DNA of 64,000 nucleotides from Dictyostelium discoideum. Its lineage: Eukaryota. The notes under the pieces are model-generated. The model ran no database searches, had not been told where the DNA came from, and worked only from the letters and a program-made list of their open reading frames with translations. Where the stretch lies: positions 5,216,001-5,280,000 of the forward strand of contig CM000151.3 in the NCBI GenBank assembly GCA_000004695.1. Direction: 5' to 3'. The position numbers were made by a program, and so were the translations under genes. Every line of letters starts with the position of its first letter. Within the stretch, counting starts at the first letter, position 1. Of the stretch, positions 31,734-44,667 are shown one piece after another.

Positions 31734-31916
31734 TCACACCAGATTCTAAATAGTTTAATTTTTTTTTTTTTTTTTTTTTTTGGATGGTAATGGTCATTCT
31801 TTCACCTTGTCATTTTGTTTTTTCCTCTCAAATATCAAATTTTGGATTTTATAAATATATTTTTTATTATAAAATATGTGCAGGGTAATATCTTTTTTTT
31901 TTTTGTTTTTGTTTTT

Positions 31917-31956
<40 letters not shown>

Positions 31957-32145
31957 CTAAATTCGTCAAACATAATATGGATGGGGATACTATAATTTTT
32001 TTTGTTAAATTATTAGTTATTATAACTGTTGTTAAATATTTAATAGCCGTATTACTATTAAAGAGTTTAAAGAAGAACTTATGATTAAATTTTTAAACTT
32101 ATAATTATCAATCACTTGGTCATTAATTTTGTAGGTTGTATTGAT

Positions 32146-32179
<34 letters not shown>

Positions 32180-32287
32180 TTCATAACCCACGTTTTAACT
32201 TTATATTTTTTAATTAGCTATTAGATTTAGTAGTGCACTATACTCAATAAAATAATTTAAGATAAATAAAGGTTGTTTTTTTTAAAA

Positions 32288-32860
32288 AATAAAATAATAA
32301 AAGGGTTGGTGAGAGGAGAGAGGACTTGGCTTCTAATGATTGCGTTTAGCTGAGGGGTTTTTGGTAGTGTCGATTTCACTTTGTCTCATACTGATTCAAT
32401 TTTTTTAGGATTCAATCATTCAGTGATGGCTTCACTTATATGTGATTAGTGATTTATCGACAGGAAGTTTGTATACATGGTTAGTATACTATTTTTTAAT
32501 TTTTGTTTTTCTTTTGTCGAGTTTTTTTTTTTATTTTTTTATTTTATTCGGTGGACGTGTTTTTTTAATGAGAGGATGATTGATTCTATTTCATATCATA
32601 TCCAGACTCTGTGTTTATATTATTAACGGTGACACGCTCGTCTTTTGTCACTGTCTAATATACTATTCATATTAGACACATTTAAGGTTGATAATATTTT
32701 TAACCAACGTCCACCACAAACCCCCTCCGCTATCAAAGATCATTGTTTGGTAAGTCTTAATATTTTTAATCGATGTATAACTAATACTTTTATGCACTGT
32801 ACACACCATTCCTTTGTAAACTTCTCTCGCCACCCAATTTAATACTACTATTATAATCAT
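32288..32860. other. GC-enriched (~38-40% GC), homopolymer-poor non-coding island without a sustained ORF; candidate structured ncRNA gene or transposon/viral relic.
   Basis: The composition break is sharp against flanks that are over 85% A+T. The island is rich in G/C-containing words (gggttggtgagaggagagaggacttggcttc, ggtggacgtg, cggtgacacgctcgtc, ccaccacaaaccccctccgc). Stops occur in all frames within 70 codons. There is a GTAAGT-like site at about 32750 but no acceptor/ORF continuation that I could make code. Confidence 0.4.
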
Positions 32861-33448
32861 TAATTAATTGTTTTTTTTTTAAACTTCAAATTTTATGGGA
32901 ATCAAATGGAAATAGAATTTTAATTAAATCCTATCTTTTTTTAAAGTTTGAGAAAATTTTGTTAATCTTTTTTTTTTTTTTTATTTTATTTATTTTTTTC
33001 TCAACACCCATTCTTTGAAATATCATCTTATCAAATTTTTCACCCATTTTTTTTTTTTTTTTCCTTTCACAATTTTTAAAAAAAAAAAAAAAAAAAAAAA
33101 TGAAAGTATTATTTTTCACAACATATGAATAAATAGGAGAAAGAAAAAAAAGAAAAAAAATAAAAAAAATAAAAAAAAATAAAAAAGTCAATAAAAAAAA
33201 AATAAAAAAAAAAAATAAATCAAACAAATGATTATTTTCAAATAAATTATTTTATTTGTTTTTTGATTTTCATCACGCAATAGATATTTTTTTATTTTTT
33301 TTTTTTTTATTTTTTTTTTTTTATTTTATTTTTTTTTATTTTTTTAATATTTTCATTTTTTTTTGATCAAAATGGACTTTTTTTTTTTTTTTTTTTTTTT
33401 TATATAATATTAATCGACCGTTTGTTTTGATTTTTTAAATCTTCAAAA

Positions 33449-34533
33449 ATGTCTTTCACCACTGTCATCCAAAGTGTTGCCCTTTCAATCGGTCTTGGTA
33501 TTTTACTTAGATATGCAGCCCGTTTCGTTTTATTCTTATATGCCTACTTTGTTAGATCACCAATCAATATTAATAAATATGGTAGTTGGGTTGGTAAGTT
33601 TTATTTATATAAAAAAATAAATAAATAAAAAAAAAAAAAATACTAATTAATTGAAATTCAAATTTAAATAAATAATTAGTTGTAACTGGTGCAACTGATG
33701 GTATTGGTAAGGCTTATTGCCATGAATTTGCTAAAAAAAAATTAAATGTTGTTTTAGTTAGTAGAAGTTTAGATAAATTAAAAGAAGTAGCTTCAGAAAT
33801 TGGTAATTATTATTATTTATTATTTATTATTTTAATTTCTTTATACTAAATTTTTTTTTTTTTTTTTAATAAAATAGAAAATAAATTTAAAGTTCAAACT
33901 AAAGTTATTTCATTTGATTTTAATACAACTGATGATAGTAAATATCAAGAATTATTTAAACAATTATCAGGAATTGATATTGGTGTTTTAGTTAATAATG
34001 TTGGTATTTCATATGATCATCCAATGTATCTTGAAGAATTACAACCAGCATCAATTGAATCATTGATTAATTTAAATGTTAGAGCAGCAACTGTTTTATC
34101 AAAATTCATACTCACTTCAATGGTTGAAAAGAAGAGAGGTGCAATCATCAATTTAGCATCAGTCAGTGGTATCACTCCAATTCCATTACTCACAGTTTAC
34201 AGTGGTACAAAAGCATACATTGAAAAATTCTCATTGGCTCTTAATTTAGAGTATGCTTCAAAGGGTATTTTCGTTCAATGTGTCACCCCAGGTATTGTTT
34301 GTAGTAAAATGTCAAAGGTTCGTAAATCATCTCTCTTTGTTCCACAACCATCCAGTTTCGCTAGATCCGCTATTGCAACCATTGGTTATGATAGACTCAC
34401 CACTGGTTATTGGAGTCATGAAATTCAAGCTTTCTTCTTAAGAAGTTTACCATCTTTTGTCGTTGATAAAGTTATGTTTGATATGCATTTAGGTCAAAGA
34501 AAGAGAGCTCTTAATAAAAAGAAATCTCAATAA
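33449..34533 (+). CDS. Very-long-chain 3-oxoacyl-CoA reductase / 17-beta-HSD12-like short-chain dehydrogenase. Exons 33449..33593, 33680..33802 and 33878..34533.
   Basis: The sequence has an N-terminal membrane anchor ([35 protein letters not shown]), an SDR cofactor motif split by an intron (..SWVG|[13 protein letters not shown]..), and the catalytic YSGTKAY..K and NNVG motifs. The donors are TTG|GTAAGT and TTG|GTAATT, and the acceptors are aattAG and aaaatAG. The frame runs into the ORF at 34024..34533. Confidence 0.8.
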
Positions 34534-34549
34534 ATAATTTAATAAATAA

Positions 34550-34587
<38 letters not shown>

Positions 34588-34734
34588 ATTTTTTATTTTA
34601 TTTATTTTGTATATATAATTTAGTAATTTTAAAAATAAAAATTGATGATTATTTAAATAATGAATTAAATTATATATACAAGGAAATTTATAAATTTTTT
34701 TTTTTTTTTATTTTTTAAAAAACTTATTTGAAAT

Positions 34735-35439
34735 TTATTTTCTTCTAATATTTGGTAGATTATTCTTTAATAAAGAGTTAAAATAAAATGATAACCTATT
34801 TTTGATAAATTTTAAAAAATTATTAATTTTATAAAAGAAAAGTGAAAATGGAAAAAGGAATAGATTATCAATCAAAGTTGATGTTTTATTTTTTGGAAAA
34901 GATTGGTATTCAATTAATTGGATATTTAATTTTAAATCATTGCAACTTTGGGAAACTTCAAAAATTTGTTGATAAATAAAGTCAAAAATTGGTTTAAAAA
35001 TACTTAATTTCTCTGGTAAATCTTCATTCTCCAATTCTAATAAAATTAGTTTATAATTAAAAATTCCTTTTTCATTTTCTTCATCTCCTTCTTCTTCCTC
35101 TTCCTCTTCTTCTAAAATTGGGTCGTTTATATAATTATTAATATCGTCTTTAATTATTTGAAATGTACATTTTTGTTTTTCAAGTTCAACAATAAAATTT
35201 AATAAGAAATCTTTCAACTCTTTTAAATCATTATTTATCCTTTTTCTATATTTACACCTTTTATTATAATTATTAATTTTGCAATTACAACATTTATTTA
35301 AATAATTTTTATTAAAAATATTTTCATTAGTTATATTATTATTATTATTATTATTATTTAAATTTGGTAGTTGATTTGCTAGTAGATTAATTGGTGGTAA
35401 ACTAGTTGTTAATGGTGGTGAAAAACCGTTTTCACTCAT
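34735..35439 (-). CDS. Hypothetical protein (234 aa), Asn-rich with a basic Cys/Lys/Arg cluster and acidic Glu stretch; no family assignable.
   Basis: The single minus-strand ORF has a true ATG (MSENGFSPP..) preceded by A-rich sequence. Its codon usage is typical of the surrounding genes. No recognisable domain is visible by eye. Confidence 0.4.
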   Translation of the reverse strand: MSENGFSPPLTTSLPPINLLANQLPNLNNNNNNNNITNENIFNKNYLNKCCNCKINNYNKRCKYRKRINNDLKELKDFLLNFIVELEKQKCTFQIIKDDINNYINDPILEEEEEEEEGDEENEKGIFNYKLILLELENEDLPEKLSIFKPIFDFIYQQIFEVSQSCNDLKLNIQLIEYQSFPKNKTSTLIDNLFLFPFSLFFYKINNFLKFIKNRLSFYFNSLLKNNLPNIRRK

Positions 35440-36484
35440 TTTTTATTGGTTATAATTATTATTATAATAAATAATTTGGCAACATTTAAAAAAAAAAAAA
35501 AAATATAATAAAAAAAAAAAAAAAAAAAAAAGTACCACCACTACGAAATTGTACTACAAAATAAATTAAAATAATGTGTTCTACCAGTTAATTAATCATG
35601 TTTTGAGATAAACCAAAAATTGTTTTTTTTTTTTTTTTTTCAGATGTGATATCTAAACACCCCTCATTTGAATTAATCCAATCATTTTTTTTTTATTTTT
35701 TTATTTTTTTATTTTTTTTTTTTAATATATTTTATTTTCCTATTATAAATTTGGTAGATTTTAAATTTGGTGGGATCTTTTGAATTCAGTTGACTATTAT
35801 TTTTTATTTTTTTATTTTTTTATTTTTTTTTTTTTTTTTTCAAAAAAAGGTATTTCAATGTGTGTTAATATTGTTGTTTGAAATTTTATTACACTGGTAG
35901 AGGGTATAAAAATAGAAAAATGAAAATTTTGTCCCATTGGGAAAATAAAAAAAATAAAAAAAAAAATCATTTAATTTTAATGGGTGGCTTTTTTTTAAAA
36001 AAAAAAATTAAGATTATTTTTAAAAGTTTTCAAATTGTTTTATTTTTTTTATTTTTTTTATTTTTAATTTTTTTTTATTTTTTAAAATTTTATTTTCTTT
36101 ATTTTTTAGAATAATTCATGTTAGATATTTGTAAAGAGATATCCATAGATTTGTAAGTTTAGAATATTGGAAAATAAAAAAAAAAAAAAAATAAAAAAAA
36201 AATAAAAAAAAATAAAACTTTTTATTCTATTTTTTTTTTTCTTTTTTTAATAATGTTTCAAGATTAAATTATATTCGAGTAGTAAACAAACAAAAAAAAA
36301 AATAATAAAAAAAAATAGTATTTTTATTTAATATTCTCACAACCACTTGTATTCACTTTCCCACAATTGTTGACAAAAAAAAAAAAAAAAAAACATTAAA
36401 TTATTCAACTTTTTCCCCACACATTGCATGAAAAATTAATAGATTTTTTTTTTTTTGTGAAAATATTTGTTTTATTTTTAATTC

Positions 36485-36506
36485 AAAACACTGTGGTGTG
36501 GGGTGG
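36485..36506 (+). promoter_or_regulatory. G-box-like GT-rich element (cactgtggtgtggggtggtat) ~750 bp upstream of galE.
   Basis: This is the only G-rich word in a multi-kb A/T desert. It matches the (T/G)G(T/G)G(T/G)G half-site pairs bound by the Dictyostelium G-box binding factor. Confidence 0.35.
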
Positions 36507-37242
36507 TATAAAAAAAAGAAATGAAAAAAATAATAATAAAAACAAATAATTTTCACAGTAATATTACTTTTTTTATGTAAAATTGTGAAGTCAATTATTA
36601 AAATGGGGTGTTTTTGAAGTAAAAGATAATTATTCAAAACTTAATTAAACATAATAACACATATTAAAGAAATATTTTCATTAATTTAGTTAAAATTATT
36701 TGTAAAAATAAATAAAATAAAAGCGATGGGTGGGTTCTTAATCACATAACAACATTATATAATTATATTACTATTTTTATCTATTTATTATTTATTTATT
36801 TTTATTTTTTTTTGTAAAAAATGAGAAAAATAAATGCAGTGAATGTGTTGATTAGAAAAAAAAACAAAAAAAAAAAAAAAAAAAAAAATAAAAATAAAGC
36901 ACTATATTTAAAAAATAAATAAATAAATAAATAAAATAATATCAAATTAATTAATTCTTTTTTTAAAATTATTTTTTCTCTTTTTTTAAACACTCAACTC
37001 AAATCCAAAATCTCCTTTTTTATTTTTTTTTTTTTTAAATTTTAAATTTTAACTAAATATATTAATTTTAATAAAATAATTTTTTTTTTTTTTTTTTTTT
37101 TTATTTTAAAAAATAATAATTAAAAAGACTACAAATAATATAATTTTTTTTTTTAGTTTTTTTTTTTTTTTTTTTTTGTAACATTAAATTTTCAAAATAC
37201 TTTTTTTTTTAAAATATAAATATAAATATAAATATATAATAA

Positions 37243-38548
<1,306 letters not shown>

Positions 38549-38753
38549 TTTTTTTATTTTAATATATTGTCATCTTTCTTTTTTTTTTTTTTTAATTTCT
38601 TTTTTTTAATTAATATAATAATAGTTTAATAATAATAATAGTTTAATAATAACAATAACAATAATAATAACAATAATAAATAGTAATAAATAGTAGTATC
38701 AAAAAAAAAAAAATAATAATAATAGCAAGATTTAACACCTTTTTTAGTAATAG

Positions 38754-38811
<58 letters not shown>

Positions 38812-39225
38812 ATCACATACACTACAAATAAATAAATAATCAACATGTATAAATAATTTAATAGATTTAAAATAATAATCATCTTTTCATAACCCCAAAC
38901 CCACAAAAATTATTTTTAAAAGGTAGAATTTGATGGTTTTATTATTTTTTACAACAATATACAAAAATAGTTTGATTTTATTTAGTTGCAAGTGAAAATT
39001 TATAATAGTTAGATGACATTCAAAAAACCCCTCTAGTATCAATACAGATTTAGTAACATCAAATTTTAATTAATATAATAATAGTTTATTATAATAACAA
39101 AAATAAAAAACAAATTTTTTTTATTAAAAAAAAAAGGAATGGAGGGATAAAGGAAAGAAGAAAAAAAAAAACAATTTTATATAGATTTAATTTTTTTTTA
39201 ATTGTTTAACTTTTTTTATTTTTTG

Positions 39226-39266
<41 letters not shown>

Positions 39267-39591
39267 GTAGTACATATGTTTTTAAATTTTAATAATTCAT
39301 CATTTGAAAAAACACAGGTTTTATTGTCAAATAACCTCTTATATTTGTAAAAAAAAACAAAAATAATAGATTTAAATTATTTTAAAACTGTTTTTATTTT
39401 TTTTTAATTTTTTTCTTTTTTTTTTAATTTAAAATTATAGTGTTAAGTGGGTTAATTTATTTTGGTAGTATCATTTTTATTTTAATTTAATTGATGGAGG
39501 TTGTCTCTCAATGTGATGTCAATATGAAAAGTAAAAAAATAAAATGGGAAAACAAAAATAATGCATAGATTTTTAAATTTACAAATCAATA

Positions 39592-39639
<48 letters not shown>

Positions 39640-39843
39640 AAATCACATCTAAATGGAAATATAAATAAAACTCCAAATTTTATAATAAAAAAACATTTTT
39701 AAAAAAAGCGATTAAAATTTGTTGGCCAATTATTTTATTGTAAAGATATTAAAAGTGTTCTCGTTTTTATTCCAGACTTAGACTCTTAATTTTAAAATGT
39801 TTAAACAGTACTCCTATTATTAAGGTGGTTATATGTTTTTTGT

Positions 39844-39867
<24 letters not shown>

Positions 39868-39879
<12 letters not shown>

Positions 39880-39925
39880 CAAAAACAAAAACAAAAACAA
39901 AAACAAAAACAAAAACAAAAAACAA
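39868..39925. repeat. (CAAAAA)n hexanucleotide microsatellite.
   Basis: The sequence reads gacaaaaacaaaaacaaaaacaaaaacaaaaacaaaaacaaaaaacaaaacaa. Confidence 0.85.
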
Positions 39926-40487
39926 AACAATTTTAAAAATAAAAAAAAGAATGATATAAAATAATTTAAATAAATTAAAAGCTTTTTGTTGAAATTGAGC
40001 ATTAATAGTAATAATTTTAAGTTTAATAAAATTTAAGTTTTTTTTTTGTACATAAATGATATAATGAATATAATAAAATATAAATTTGGATGTGACTATA
40101 ATTAAATTATAGATTATTTTTTTAAAATCATCTAATATGTGGGTTAAATAATAAATTTTTTTTAAAAAGACAATTTATTAAAACTACAAATTTCAACTGA
40201 TTATTAAAAACTATTTTAATTTATCCACATAAAATTAAATAACTACGATTATTTTATTTTGTATGTACTTATTTTATAAATAATTATAAAAAAAATAGTA
40301 ATTTTCAAAAATAATTCCACATCATTTTAAAAGTATAAATTTAATTTTTTTTTTTTTTTTTTTTATAGAAACAAAAATAAAATTAAAATTAAAATTAAAA
40401 ACAAAAAAATAAAACTTAAAAACTATAAAATTAAAAACAATTAAACCTTTCAAAAAATAATTTAATAATTTTATTACTAATTAATTA

Positions 40488-40524
<37 letters not shown>

Positions 40525-40631
40525 ATTGCTTGTTTCTTTTTTTTTTTTAAAATACCTTTACAAAAATTACCTACCATTAGATACTTGCTGTTGGATTTTT
40601 TTCTTCTTTATTTTCTCTTCTTTTTTTAAAA

Positions 40632-41052
40632 ATGTCTAAATTATTATTTTCTCTCTTCTTGATTTTTTCTATTATTAGTGTTACTTTTGGTGTAAGGGCT
40701 CTTTAATTTCTTTTAGAGAATATTTTTTTAATTTCTTTGATTTTATTAATTAGTTATTAATTTTTTATTCTTATTATTTTTATTAAAGAATATAGCTGTA
40801 CCTCATATCCCAATGAATATTCCAGATAGAAATTCAAAAAATGAGAATGTTCCAAACAATTTGGTATATAAACAAACATACTATGCTCCACCAAACGTTC
40901 AAACACCATCAAAATTACCAATTTCAAATCAGCCTCCACAAACTCAATCACCACAAACTCAGTCACCACACGTTAACACTAATCCAACTTACCAATCAAC
41001 AACCAAACCACAAAATGATAATAATAATAATAATTACAATAATAACAATAGC

Positions 41053-41146
<94 letters not shown>

Positions 41147-41604
41147 TTAAAAATAATAATAATAAAAATAATAATGAAGTATATAATAATTTAAGAGCCT
41201 CCAATTCTAATACATATACCCCAAATAAACCAGTAATGGTAACAAAAACTTTTTCCAATGAAACACCAATTAGACAAACACCCCAACCAACACCAAGTCT
41301 TCCAATAACAAGAGAAACAATTACCAGAGAATCAATCACAAGAGAACCAATTACTAGAGAACCAGCTACCAGGGAATTAATTACAAATGAACCACAAAAT
41401 CAACCAACAAATAGACCACAAAATTATAGTGATAATAATATCCAAGAACGTCAAGCATCGCCAAGAGTTTACCAAACTGAACAACCAAAATCATCAGCCA
41501 ATACTACTCCTGCATTTTCTAATACTCCTTCAAATTCCCAATTTTCAAAATCAAACTCTCAAATTTCTTCCCAAACCCCAGCCCTTTCCAAACCTTCAAA
41601 TTGA
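40632..41604 (+). CDS. Secreted Pro/Thr/Ser/Asn-rich low-complexity protein with ITRE-type short repeats. Exons 40632..40691 and 40789..41604.
   Basis: Exon 1 is a 20-codon signal peptide (MSKLLFSLFLIFSIISVTFG) ending at a GGT|GTAAGG donor. The acceptor tattaaAG|AATATAGCT joins in frame to the track ORF at 40813. The body has PQTQSPQTQSP, a poly-N tract and TRETITRESITREPITREPATRELIT repeats. Confidence 0.6.
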
Positions 41605-42635
41605 TTTTTTTATTTCGATTAAATAAACAAATGTATTTTAATTCTTTAATATAATTTCTTTTTTTTTCCATTTTCTTTTTTTTAATTTTTTTTTTTTTTT
41701 AATTTTTTTTTTTAAATGTTTTTTTTTTTTTTTTTTTTTCTTTATAACAAATAAAAATAATAATTAATATCAAATATTATTGAATGTCAAATTTTGATGA
41801 TAAAATATTTAATAATAAAATAATAAATCAACTTACAGATCTAGACACTTAGGAATTAATAAAAGAAATAAAATAAAATAAAAATAAATAAATAAAAACA
41901 AAAAAGCTTTTAAAAATAAAGAAAAATAATAAAAGATAAAAAAAATCCATCCTTATGATTTACTGTTTCTTTAAGTACGGTTTTCCAATTCACAATTTAA
42001 GAAGGTGAAATATATTTGAGTTGGTTAATTTGTTTAAAAAAAAATCAAAATGGAAAATTGAATTTAATAAAAAAAAAATAAAAAAATAAAAAAATAAATT
42101 AAAAACAATTGTAAAAATAAAAAGTAAATAAATAAATAAAAAAACCACCACATCCACACTTTAAAATGTAAAATAATCCAAGAATCCCTCTAAAATCTTT
42201 AAGATTTAAAAATTAAATCATTTTTAATGTAACCCAAACCTAATAAGCTTTTTTCATAATTTCTTTTTTTTATATTTTTAAAAAATAAGATCATAACCTT
42301 CATATATATTTAAATATAAAACCTCGATCGTTTTAATAAAAATTTTTATATTTGAATTATCATTTTTATCCAAAAGGAGATTTATCAACTTCATTTTTTT
42401 TTTTTGGTTTTAAAAATATGAAAAAGATTTAAGAGAATTTTAAAAAAAGACTTTTTTTAAATTGATAAATCGGAAGACATCGTCCAATTGAACAGTTTTC
42501 TGCTAATTATCAATAATGTTGGGAATAAGGATCATTTTGTTCCAAATCAATTAATTTCTTCTATTCATTTCATGCCGGTATCCATATATAAACCCTTTGT
42601 TAAAATAATTGGGATCCTTCATCTTTTCCTGTTTT

Positions 42636-42682
<47 letters not shown>

Positions 42683-44667
42683 AAAATTGGGAAAAGTAAT
42701 TTAAAAAGATAAAAATAATAAAAGTAACAAACTTGGTCAATTTCATAAAAAAGAAAAGAAAAATCCGAGATAAAAAAAAAAAAAAAACAAAACTGTAAAC
42801 AAAACTGTTAGTAAGTATTTTAAAAATCCCAATGTTTGAGAATAAAAAAAAAGAAACTAAAAGTTTATTGATTATTATAATAATCCGAAAATGGAAAGAT
42901 AGATGCCTTAAAAAAATAAAACTTTATCAAGATAGATTTAAAAATTTGTAAACAATACTTCCCATTAGATAATACCTTTATGATAATTAATTCAAAATTT
43001 ACATCATTTTTTTTTTTATTTTTATTTTTTTTTTTATTTTTTTTATTTTTTTTTTTATTATAATAAAAAAAAAAAAAAAATAAAAAAAAGAAAGAAAAGA
43101 AAAGAAAAGAAGAGAGAGAAAATTAAAAGAGTTTTAATATTAAAAAAAAAATTAAAATTTGATAATCAAAAAAAATATAAAATTAAATAAATAATAATAA
43201 CAAGAAGAAAAAAAAAATGTATTTATAATAAAAAAAGAATATGAGAAAAAAAAAAAATTATTATTAAAATAAAAATAAAAATTAAAACAATTATAATTTT
43301 CTGAATTTAATTATAATTAATTTTAAAAGATTTGTAACTTATCTATTATCAATCTCCTAAAAAAAAAAAAAAAAAAAATTAAAAACATAAATATAAATGT
43401 ATAAAAATGGGTGTTTAAAATTAAAAAAAAAAAAAAAATTTTTTAAACCTTTCAAAAGTCATATGGGAAACCCATTCAAATAATTATAAATAATATCACA
43501 AGTACAATTTATTTATATTTTTGATTAATTGTTAATATTTATGTTGTTTTTTTTTTTTTTTTTAGTAAATAAATTTACTAATAAAACTGGTAATTGAAAT
43601 TTTTATATTTATGTATAAACTTTAATTTCTTTTTTATCCTAAACATATTTTTTTAAAAAAAAAATAATAATAAAAAAGAAAAATAAAATCTTTGAGAAAT
43701 TATAATAAAAGTATAAGTAATTTTTTTTTTTTTTTTGTGGTAAAACAAAACTATTATAAAATATTATATTTTTAAAACAAACAACAACAATATAAATGAG
43801 ATCAATAAATATAAAATTATTTTTTCAAATAAAATCAGGAAGTTAATTGTAATAAATAACAATAAAATAAAAAAATAAACTTTTTACCCCTTTTTTTTTT
43901 ATAAGGTAGTTATTAAAAAAAAAAAAATTACATGATTATTTATTATTATATTTATATAATTTTTAATTAATCAAAAAATAAAAATATAATGTGATTATAA
44001 AAAAAAACTGAAAAATTATTATTATAATGAATCGTTGATTTGAATAAGTAAAATTATATATTACCAAAAATAGTTGTTGTTAAATAATTTTTTATTTTAA
44101 AAATCTCGATTATTATGAAATGGTTTTTTTTTTTTTTATAACCTTTTTTATCTGTATGTATCAACAAATGTTATCAATTACCTATTGTTTATCTAATTGA
44201 TTGCATTGTTATACCTTTTGATTTTTACTATAATAAAGATAGATTTATAAAATAAAATACTTATTCCCTTAAAAACACTTTATTTAACCCCACATAAAAA
44301 TTTAATATGTCCACAATTTTAATTTTTATACTTTTATACAATAAACAAATTAGTGTTCAGATAATTTTTCGATTATAATAATATATGATTGGATACATTT
44401 TTTGTTTTTTTTATAATTTATTATTTATCATAATGATTTAGTATTACAATAAATATTTTTTTTAAAAATAAAAAAATTAAAATTATTAATCCAAGTTTTT
44501 AAATATAAATTCAAGTCTAAAAAAAAAATTTTAATCATTAACAAATTCAATTCAATAATTTAACAAATCAAAATATCTTCAAATATTTTTAAATATAAGA
44601 TTACATTTATAACATTACATTTTATAACATTATATAAATAATCTAAAAAAAAAAAAAAAAAAAAAAA

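Noticed and set aside
42430-42620. Moderately GC-richer patch (…cggaagacatcgtccaattgaacagttttctgc…ccggtatccatatataaaccc…) in the 3-kb gene-less spacer at 41.6-44.6 kb.
   Set aside because: No ORF longer than 40 codons, no splice-compatible frame and no repeats. It is too weak to call and is mentioned only as a place to look if expression data show a transcript.
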